In this document: in pieces, positions 50,166 to 60,286 of the stretch | Numbering within the stretch: the stretch's first letter is position 1 | How the letters are laid out: every line of letters starts with the position of its first letter | Notes under the pieces: generated by a model | The model's database searches: none | Told to the model about the DNA's origin: nothing | Seen by the model: only the letters and a program-made list of their open reading frames with translations | Assembly (NCBI GenBank): GCA_003427395.1 | Contig: BFEA01000012.1 | Span: 6,435,083 to 6,495,368 of the forward strand | From: Chara braunii | Taxonomy: Eukaryota; Plantae; Charophyceae | Length of the DNA: 60,286 nt | Reading direction: 5' to 3' | Program-made: the position numbers and the translations under genes

Positions 50166-53100
50166 TGTCGAGCGCATAGGTCCGACACCGCACGTGGCAG
50201 TGCGGGATCCTCTCGGCCGCCTCACGCAGAAGTTGAACCAACTTGTCACGAACACACAAATGGAGCTTCCTTAGGCCGCTCCGGCCGAGTGCGCCAGCCA
50301 TACCTCTCGCGAGCCCCTACGACAGGATAGGGCCTACGCGAGGCACAACTTACCTCCACCTTACGGGAGATGTCACCTCCCTTCGGTGGGCGTATCCCCG
50401 CCGAGTTACCAATCTACAGTACGAAAGCTAATCAGTTGCAATCGCAGAGGTGGACCAGCCGAGGGCGTTTCTCGTTCGCTGTAGCATAGGGGGTACGCGC
50501 GGTAATACGTTTGTCGAACCTGCACGCAAACCGACATCTTGGGGGGCTGAAGTTCCAAGCGCGGCCCGTCGTCGGTCGACTAGGACGCATCCCACACACC
50601 ACGCAAACACCACTTTACGAACACAAAAACAAAACACATACACACACATACGAAACGACACAGCACAAACAACGCGACAACGCTCCTAGCCCCTCAGTAG
50701 CCAACCCATAACTTTCCAATGTGGAAATCAAATAGGCGTCGCGCGCGAGATTTAGTATAAAACCGCGCGGACGCAGGGCTAACTCATATCGACTCGCAAT
50801 GCAAGCATACGCAAGCGGTCTCAATGATGGCGTACCATGTAGTACCCATACTCATGCGGTCCTTGTTAATCTCGAGGGTCGCACTCGACACTCAAGTGTC
50901 GGCTGACACGCGCCTTGAGGGTTAATCGCTCAACGCTGGACAACCGCCAAGCACGGTTGAAGACCACACACCCTCTTCTGCACTCTGTGCAGAGCGGGTG
51001 GTACACAGGTCCATACCTGTGGTGGCAGTCGCTTCTTACTGCCCTGGAGATGAGTCCCACTCCAGGCCTGAGCGAAACGTCCAACCATACAACTCTAAAA
51101 AGCAAAAGGTAAAGAGGGAATCCCCTTTTTCTCTCAAGCCATAATTTGGTTGGCCCTTATGCACGATCTTAGTAAGCCGCATACATACCCAAGGCACATA
51201 TAAATATATATATAAGACTTATTTATACAGGACGATCACTTCTCACAGTCACAGTGGGGCTCCTCTCAGCCATATATGTATGTAATCGCAGACAATCACA
51301 TCCAGGATCCGAGCCACAAACTCACCTGCAATCACATCAAAGATTCATCCAAAAGTCTACGCACTACACGGGGTCAACTTCAACCATTCCTTGCACTCAT
51401 ACCCCTCGCTTTAGCCATACAAGCCTCACTCGTGCAACTCTTAAATAAATACTCAGTCTTTTTGTTGAATGACCATTCAATAAAGTCCGGGTGAAAACAC
51501 AACAAAACAGTTCAAGTCTCAAGGCTAAAGCCTTTAGGTTGAGTGGCAGGAGTGAATTGGAGTTGAGTCGTAAACCGACGAATCGGCAACCGACCTGTTA
51601 TCAGTCATAACAGAAAATGATCCTCAAGGGATCAAGCTGAATCTAGTCCTGAACTTGAATCGGACAACCCAAAGGACCTGTAATACAGGATAAGTCAAAT
51701 GCCCAAACTAAATTATCAGCATATGGGGGATAAACCTCCATAGCACATTCTCACTCAAAGTTATCTGCCAACCAAATCTAAGTCTACCTCTAAGCCAGTG
51801 TCCAAAGCAAAGGTAGACTAACGACAGGATCTCCCCTATTCAGGGTGGATTGCCAGAATCGTCATCTGTCAAAATATAATCTAACTCCTCTAAATCAAGA
51901 AAATTTCGGCAGTGCTTCCCGTAGGAAAAGTGTCTTTCCAGAATTTATACAACCCCATATATGAAAGCAGAAATAATCTTTAACTCTGGAAAGTCAAATT
52001 TTGTCTAACTCCCTGAATTAGTAAAAATTTGGGCAGCACTCCCTTTAGAAAAGGAGACTTCCCAGATTTATACTAAGCCAGATACGAACTCAAACGACAA
52101 CTTGAGTTCAACTTAGACAAGATTTAGCTAACTCCTTAGTCTTGCAGAAATTTCGGCAGCAATCCCTCTAGAAAAATGTTATTCTAAAATTTATACAAGG
52201 CTAAGTTTTAGAATTTGAGAGTAACCTTGACTTCTCAAAGTCCAAGTTTGTCTAACTCCCTGAATTAACAAAAATTTGGGCAGCATCCCCTTTAGAAAAG
52301 AAGATTTTCCAAATTTTGACTAAGTCAGATATAAGAAAAGATAAGTTGAACTTTGACAAGTCAAAAACTGACTAACTCCTTGGATTTGTAGAAATTTCGG
52401 CAGCGCTTCCCGTAGAGAAAGAAGCTTGCCAAGATTTATACAAAACCAAGTATAACCAAAGGTCCCAGAAAGTGCGGGAATCGACCTAAGTAAAAAAAAA
52501 CTTAGCTAAGAAAATGCAGGAATTGAAACTAACTCCTATGACTCTAACACGTGGCGAGCGACTAAAGCAACTACCTATCAACCTGAAACTCAGACCAAGT
52601 AGTAGCCTCACTCAGCCTCATGCAGGCCAAACCACAAGGGTAAGTACTCTCGCCATCCCCAAGTCAACCTGAGCAGACAATAGTTCATGATCTCTCAATG
52701 ATTTAACCCTTTATACCCTGCTTACATAAGGCATAGGTCAGGCCACCTAAACTTAGTCAGGCCTAAAGTCAGCATACCTAAACTTATAGAGCGTTCTGAC
52801 TCAGCCAAGTATACACAAACAGAAAGCACAACTACTTTTCTCTTCCTTGGGCATATGACTAGGTCATTCTAGTCGCCCTGAACTGTTTAAGATATCCAAA
52901 TTATATATACCTCTCTGCACTTAGTCTTCCAAATGGACATAGGGCTGAGCCGCCCATCTTAGAACATTGCTCAACCTGCCCAAGTTTACCTTCAGTTATA
53001 TCTCTTTAGTTATACTTTCTTCAAATTACGATAAACTATAGCCAGGCTGTCCAATCTTATGGAACCCGCGCCTGACTAGCCTGTTCGTAGATAAAGTAAT

Positions 53101-56100
53101 AATACAATATAGCCATATTACACCATTGGGTTCCAGCATGTGCGAGGCTTTGAGTCAAACCCCCTGAATTTACAGAAGGGCCGGCCCCTCCACCTGATTC
53201 CTTTCTCTTTGAGCCATTGTGTGCGTGGCATTGAGTCAAACCCTCTGAACTTACAGAAGGGTCTGCCCCTTTGTCAGGTTCATTCCCTCAAAACAAAGGC
53301 AGGAAGAGACTGAGCCACCTAAACTTATAGAGCGGCTCTGTCCCCTCGTTCAGAAGCAAAAAAACTCAGGAAAACCCAAAGAAACTAAGGTAACTCAAGG
53401 CACCAAAACTGATTGAGCGCCCTTAGTTCCTGAAAGTCACCCACAGTCAAACTCCTTGCAAGTCAGAGCAGTCAGGACACCTAAACTTATAGAGCGTCCT
53501 GACCCTCCATGCAATTTACAGCACCGGGTCTCCCCAAACTTATGGGGACATCCCAGCCTCCAGAGCTTCAGGCTACCTAAACTTATAGAGCGGCCTGATG
53601 CTCCATGCAAACCAAAATAAACAAAGCGTTGGGCTTCCCCAAACCACCTCCCAGCCTCGACGACCCAATCAACCATCACACAAGGCGACCCCCCATTCTG
53701 CCATTCCCAGATGCCATTTCTTTCAACAGTCTGTTTTCACACAATCAACAAAGTTAAACTGAATTTGAACAGACATTCTTTTACTTAGTCTTGTTCAGTG
53801 TCCTGAAAGTCAAACCAAAATGAAGGTAGGGTTGCACACCATATACTCAGTCAGCGATGCAATAGGCGATACGGGTAGGGGCTATAACTGGGTTTATAGA
53901 GGGAATCAAGGGATTACCACTCAGTTCCCTGCCTCCAGGACTCCTCCTGAGTCCCGGTAGAGCTCCCGCAATCGGTGGGGCGAACCTCTGACAGAGGCCT
54001 TGGCGCGGATTACGGGTTGCAATCCCGCCTGCCGCCTTCCTCTCAGAACAGGACTAGACTTAGATTTAGAAGGGCAGATAGAGACAGTTTTTAGGCTCTC
54101 AAATCCAAGAAGGGTGCACTCAGACTCGCGAGAGAGGGCCTTGACCCCTTGTTTCACCAGAGGGCCCCGCAATGGCGGCCAATGCAACAGCTTAGTCAAG
54201 ATTGAAGTCAAACCGTTGAACCGTTCCCTTGGCGCCCTTCTAGTTCGCAGCACTGACCTCCCTTCCCAGACTCAGTCACTCCCCTAACTTCAACTGCGGG
54301 AGCACAGCGGGCTGTCGCAGTCAGCAACAGCCGCGGCGGTATGTAGTAGTATGCAGTATGCCGTAACCAGCAGTCAGCAACAGTGGCAGTTGCCAACAGT
54401 CGGCCACAACTTGTGCACAGTCAGCAAAACAGCAGTTGTGCACAGTCAAATAACCAGCAGCTAGCAAAGTGACCCCAACAACAATAGCAATTAGTGCCAC
54501 AACCACAACTTCACTAACCAAGCGCAACCACGTACTTCTCTTCAACCCCAAACACCGCAGCCAGGAAACTTCAAAAAACAACTCGCGATAGTCAACGGCA
54601 GCCAGCAACAATCTATGTCAGCAGATGATTATAGGGGACCCAGTGACGTTGAATATCCTTAGTAAACAGGAGTGTCGCAGTCTGCAGCAGACAGTGACGA
54701 CCAGTGATCAGCGGTGACACTCGGCCCCTATGGTACTTCTCTCATAGGACGGTCATCCAAGCTGGATCCGGCCAGATACAGTGCCGCCAAGTGCAGAGCT
54801 GCAGGGGGGGCTTCCATCGGTCAGATAGTTCACACTCCCCTCCTTTATGCTCCTGCCCATACCCCGCATCCTTCCTCTAGTGACACCGGCCGACCCCTCG
54901 GCCAGGCGATCTTGCTATCATGGCCAGCCCCATCAGTCCGACGCCGTGCAATAGTCCCCCTTCCGGGCGGCATATGCCAGGTAAGTGTCCTAATCCCATG
55001 CTATCTCCTACGGCAAACCAAGTAGCCTTCCTGCTAGCCGTCAACTCCTTGAGCCTACAACTTCCCTGTAGCTGCCTCGCTCAGGCCTTGGCCTTCATCC
55101 CACTCGGCCCGACTTATACATCGACCCCAGGCAAGTGTCTGCCCCCCCTTTTCCTTCCAATCCCGTGTAGTATTTGGTGTCTACACTGCCTTTTACTGCC
55201 GATCTCACACACCCCCTCCCGGCTAAGCAAGTAATCTGAATGAACCCGTCGCCGGAAAGCGGTCAGATGCATAGACAAGCTACTGGATCGTTCCCCTGCT
55301 GAAGCCTGTCAATTACGTATTTCCTCCCCCCATCCCCCCTTTTTGCCGCATCTGCTCGCTCGACTCTGCTGCAAGCGGCCGCCCCTGCTCCTCGCTGACT
55401 GCATGCAACCCGCCCACTCTTCTGGTCGTGAACTACATGCCCCCTCTGCAATGGCTGTGAACAATCCTTCGCCCGCTGTACTGACTGTGGACTGCTTACC
55501 CCCGGGTTTTTCTCTCCCTCTTTTGGATCATACTAGATCGAAACGAACCTCCCTCTAAGACCCAGACCAGGTCCACACCTCTCCCCTCCCCGCAGCTCCG
55601 CACAGTGCCTCCTTCATCTATCTTCAATCCTACCCACCTAATCCCAAAACTAACCACGCCATCAGAGTCGCCCTGTCCAAAAACCCCTATCTCGACTTAT
55701 CTTCAACTCAATTCCTTTAGGAATCGAGTGCACCACCTCATTCTGACTGCGCCAGTTCCCCCTCGGCCATCCCTTGTTCACTCCGCATGCATCTACCCCC
55801 ACGTGCCGTCCCGATTCACTCACCTCTACTAACTTCTGTTCTACTACATCCTTCCTGATACCGACTTCAAAATCGGGTTCGCCCGGTCTAAAAAAACTAA
55901 CCTATTATCTTCCTTCACTCGATTCCATCAAGAATCGAGTGAGATCCCGTTTTCTCACTCCTTGCCTTCTCTCTCCCCCACCATAGCCCCGGCGCACCAT
56001 TTGCTCTTCGTCTCTTTTATCTTACTAACTATCATCTAGAACTAACCTCATAGCCGCGGTCGCAGCCCTCCAAAACCCCGACTTCGACTCTCCTCCAGCT

Positions 56101-58289
56101 CGATTCCGTTAGGAATCGAGCGCGCTACCCCTTCTCCGCAGCGCCTGGCTCACCTTTCCGCCATCTCCATGCGAATGCACCCAGGCGGAGGTCCGGGCCA
56201 GGTTCACCCGGGGTATTCCTACTTCCGCCACCTCGCTGCCCTGGCTCCCGACCATCCACCCGCTGCTTCCGCCCCCGTCTCTTTCCCCTCTATCTCCCTC
56301 CACACTCCATCTTCTACCAATCCGCTTTCACCATCGGATTCGCCGGGGGCTAAAACCCCCGGATCGCCCCTCTCCTCCCCTCTCCTAGTAGAAATCGAGC
56401 GGGGCATCCATTCTCTCATCCATCGGGCTCGCCTCCCCCCCAATCTCCTACTCCCTTATGCTCGCATGCACCTGTCGTCGAACGTCATCCAGGTCCGTTC
56501 ACCCGTTTCTCTTCCACTCCGTCCTCGACTCCGACTGCGCCTTGCCCCAGTGCGTGCCCAGCCCCACCTGCGCTTTCCCGCTGGCTTACCCCGCCAATGC
56601 AACATTTCAACGGCGGTCGGCCTGACAACAACGAGCTCCGACTGTCAGCAAAACGCAAAGGTCGAGCCAAAAACAGGCTCCGCGCGTCTTCCCGTGTTTT
56701 ATACGTTTCATCCTTGCGCAGGGGCCATGCCAATCTTCCATGAGGCAGTGGCCCGCGACCCCTTTCAAAATCCGCGTGGCCGCAGTCTCGCCCTGCTTTG
56801 GCGCACGAACCTAGCCCCTCCTTTGGGGTTTGTACGCATCGGCCTTGCGCAGGGACTATTCGAATCTTCTCTATATCATTCCAAATCTTATGGACTCCGC
56901 AAAAATTTGCCCCCACGCCTTGTCAGCTATTCGGCCCATCCGCTTCTTCTCTCTTTGCAGGTATCCGACTTCCTTTCCCGGCCGGTTCGGATAAGGGCGT
57001 CCCCCTCCCTCTGTTTTACACTTACCACCCTAATTTTAACGAAGCCCCCTCTCCACGCTCTGGATCCGGCCTCCTTCCCTTAGTTTGTACATGCCATGCT
57101 TGCGTAGGGGNCATTCTGANTCTCTCTGTATCGTCCCAAATTTAACGGATGTCCCGAAGGACTTCCACCGTGGCANTGCCCCACNGCACTACCAAAAGCC
57201 ACACGNNCGTTCCCGGGATNTGCCTGGCCCTAGCAAATCTGGATATTCAGGCCTACCCACCAGGCTGGGCTNATGGGCACCCGTCATACCCACGGCACCA
57301 CGTCCCGAGGNGANACGGGNCGCAACTAAGGAAAAAGGTAGACGAAATTACGCGCTCCGGCGCAGTCACGAAAACAACTTGTAATTGCACTTCAGGCAGC
57401 CCCGCGAATACAACACAATCTACGTGACCCTGCTTCAGGCCCGATATCGCGTCCNAGAACGGGGCGCGAGTCAAACAAAAATAAAGGATTAGTAATTAAA
57501 TAAAATANCGGNAAAAGNGGGAGGAACTANAAATACCTCGCCTTCCCCGTNGATTGGGCCCGCCNCCGCGCCCACTAACAAAACCGAGGNNGATAGCCCC
57601 GCAGGNCCCTCAACCCCTCAGGCTTTCCCTCCACGCTACTCNGCTGCCGCCGCGCNGACNCCCGCTGGCCTCNATCCCCGAACCTCCATAGTAACAGTCC
57701 GCTGTCGTAACCTATAGGGCTATGCCCAAGCCTNAGACCCACATCCGCGGCGAGCCATATGAGGTAGTGNGGCGCTGCGCTCAGGGCCAGGGAAGTTGGC
57801 CTGAGCCTCATCTCAACCTACAACTGCGCGCGCGGCCGCCCAGCGTCTGCGCCGACTTACCAAGTTGTANCACGGCCACCACTCGCGCCGCTCCGCGGGC
57901 CAAGTTTTGTCGCAGTCACACCGCCGCCGTCGTCGCCTGCCGTCTAGGCCGTCCTNCGTACACACGCGTAACTCAGTCAACATGCCGACCGAAGACAAAT
58001 ATCTTTAAATCCTAGTCTAGCCAANAATAAACAAAAATAAAAATAACGATAAACTAAAAACGAACCGACCAGCGTCCGCGCCGGCTTTATAATCAACGAT
58101 ANAAACAGAATCACGTGCGCCNCAAACCTGCGCGCCCANGCACTCTCTACNCTAGTCAATCATCCNGTCAACGCAAATTACNGACGNGGNCGCGCCTAGC
58201 NNGGCATACTTAAACTTTANACCAAAACTCAATACCCNTCACTTGCAAAAACCAGGGCGGATACCCTTGTAAGGGTATTCGCGCCGACN
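50166..58289 (+). mobile_element. Giant non-coding LTR-like element, copy D (complete, ~8.1 kb)
   Basis: Starts TGTCGAGCGC and ends ATACCCTTGTAAGGGTATTCGCGCCGAC(n); inverted termini TGTCG/CGAC(A). Same module order as copies A and B. Confidence 0.85.
51875..52450 (+). repeat. Five ~122-bp tandem units (also at 42005-42590 and, inverted, 39540-40110)
   Basis: Recurring CTAACTCC...AAATTT.GGCAGC.CT.CC..TAGA.AA....AATTTATAC. Confidence 0.85.
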
Positions 58290-60208
58290 NCNGTCCCATC
58301 CGGCTCAGCCCCACCCACCACCACCCTAAGGGCACGGGGCACTTCGTCTTGGGGACACCCCCACCTAGATGGGTAGGGATGGGCCATTGAGCGAGAGAGC
58401 TTTGACATTGGGGGATGTAACTCAACCCTCGCATAAAAGGTGGGTGGTCTCACTAGTCTAGGCAAAGCGTTCATTCTCAATTCCTTGGCGTGTTTATAAG
58501 CAATCGTTCCTTGCAATACTCACATAGTTCAGGGAGCTCGTTNAGATGCTTCTTTTTTGTCCTACTCATCCCAAATTTGTCTATATTTCCTAANTGTNGG
58601 GTCTCTTAGGCTTCGAGGAGGTTCGTGACGTACCCCTNAACATATGTTGGGCNACCCNAATGCANGGCCTTCCTTATATCACCGAGGTACCCTCATTNTC
58701 GACGCCTTTACCNATATATTTTTTTCGATTTGTCTCGTCGGGAGAACCGTCTCNGTCATCTNGTTTGNTCTCCGCTTGCCGAGACCGGCGGCGGGACAAG
58801 CAAAGACATCCACACACAAAATGTATGCACGACACTCATTTTCCTATTAAGTTTATCTACCTTGCCTTTTCATACGCCCCTTACTTCTTTGGAGCCCCCA
58901 CCCTCAGTCACATCAGTCTGTTNNNNNNNNNNNNNNNNNNNNNNNNNNNNNNNNNNNNNNNNNNNNNNNNNNNNNNNNNNNNNNNNNNNNNNNNNNNNNN
59001 NNNNNNNNNNNNNNNNNNNNNNNNNNNNNNNNNNNNNNNNNNNNNNNNNNNNNNNNNNNNNNNNNNNNNNNNNNNNNNNNNNNNNNNNNNNNNNNNNNNN
59101 NNNNNNNNNNNNNNNNNNNNNNNNNNNNNNNNNNNNNNNNNNNNNNNNNNNNNNNNNNNNNNNNNNNNNNNNNNNNNNNNNNNNNNNNNNNNNNNNNNNN
59201 NNNNNNNNNNNNNNNNNNNNNNNNNNNNNNNNNNNNNNNNNNNNNNNNNNNNNNNNNNNNNNNNNNNNNNNNNNNNNNNNNNNNNNNNNNNNNNNNNNNN
59301 NNNNNNNNNNNNNNNNNNNNNNNNNNNNNNNNNNNNNNNNNNNNNNNNNNNNNNNNNNNNNNNNNNNNNNNNNNNNNNNNNNNNNNNNNNNNNNNNNNNN
59401 NNNNNNNNNNNNNNNNNNNNNNNNNNNNNNNNNNNNNNNNNNNNNNNNNNNNNNNNNNNNNNNNNNNNNNNNNNNNNNNNNNNNNNNNNNNNNNNNNNNN
59501 NNNNNNNNNNNNNNNNNNNNNNNNNNNNNNNNNNNNNNNNNNNNNNNNNNNNNNNNNNNNNNNNNNNNNNNNNNNNNNNNNNNNNNNNNNNNNNNNNNNN
59601 NNNNNNNNNNNNNNNNNNNNNNNNNNNNNNNNNNNNNNNNNNNNNNNNNNNNNNNNNNNNNNNNNNNNNNNNNNNNNNNNNNNNNNNNNNNNNNNNNNNN
59701 NNNNNNNNNNNNNNNNNNNNNNNNNNNNNNNNNNNNNNNNNNNNNNNNNNNNNNNNNNNNNNCCCGCCTTCCCACTCGGGTGGGTCCTTCGCTCACTCAC
59801 CTATAAAACAATCAATTAAACAAGGATTACAACCCCCATTGGGAGTCAACGTAATCCCTNCTGCATGCCAATCCTTTTTCCGTTATTCGCTTGCTTTCTT
59901 CATTCTTTATGTCTTTCACTCCTTCTTCCCCAAGCAAGACTCTTNTCTTCCTCGTACATTCGGGGTGTTGGTCGAGTCAACTGACCTTTGAAAAAAACTC
60001 TTCCTCTTTCCGATNTCTCCTCAATTTCACAATCCTCTCTTTTCGTAGCACAAGGGGNTAGCAATCTTTCCCTTACCCATTTTCACCAAGTGGGACCAAG
60101 TTGTCTCTTTGTTCCTTTCACTGACAAGTGGCAAGAGANTGAAGGGAGAGTCAGCCGCAAGCCAAGATGGAACGGGGGGAGAGAGAAGGTCGAAGTCGGG
60201 ATTACAAA

Positions 60209-60209
<1 letters not shown>

Positions 60210-60286
<77 letters not shown>
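60210..60286. repeat. (GT)n microsatellite
   Basis: Directly visible. Confidence 0.95.

Noticed and set aside
56169-57083. 304-aa ORF in copy D
   Set aside because: Low-complexity Pro/Ser/Leu sequence, not preserved as an ORF in copies A or B.
58289-58310. Possible long TSD for copy D (cngtcccatccgg vs gagtctcatcgg at ~50130)
   Set aside because: Similarity is short and weak and the region contains many ambiguous bases.
58625-59991. Long ORFs spanning N runs (also 25068-25673 and 32808-33594)
   Set aside because: Artefacts of assembly gaps and microsatellites.

Overview
Eukaryotic, transposon-rich nuclear DNA. The Ty3/Gypsy and LINE protein style, the microsatellites, a flagellar-type gene and a green-plant nad2 fragment suggest a streptophyte alga such as Chara (inference only). 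From left to right: a complete type III hammerhead ribozyme (16-73); a ~9 kb decayed L1/Tx1-like LINE on the minus strand; a Gypsy pol scrap interrupted by a CACTA-like MITE; and a chromovirus (Ty3/Gypsy) whose two ~1.17 kb LTRs are inverted rather than direct. Next come LINE 3'-tail fragments, a possible tRNA-derived SINE and one intact intronless host ORF with PGY/GY-G-x-x-P repeats. A second decayed LINE on the plus strand carries an internal inversion and a solo LTR. From 33.6 to 58.3 kb lie three copies of a giant (6.9-8.1 kb) non-coding TGT(C/T)G...CGACA element with LTR-like architecture. All three carry repeat arrays and two clearly carry scrambled LSU rDNA fragments; one is nested antisense in another and flanked by a 49-bp duplication. 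A mitochondrial nad2 fragment lies between copies. There are three N gaps and sequence quality is poor after ~57.1 kb. All alignments were made by eye; no database search was possible.
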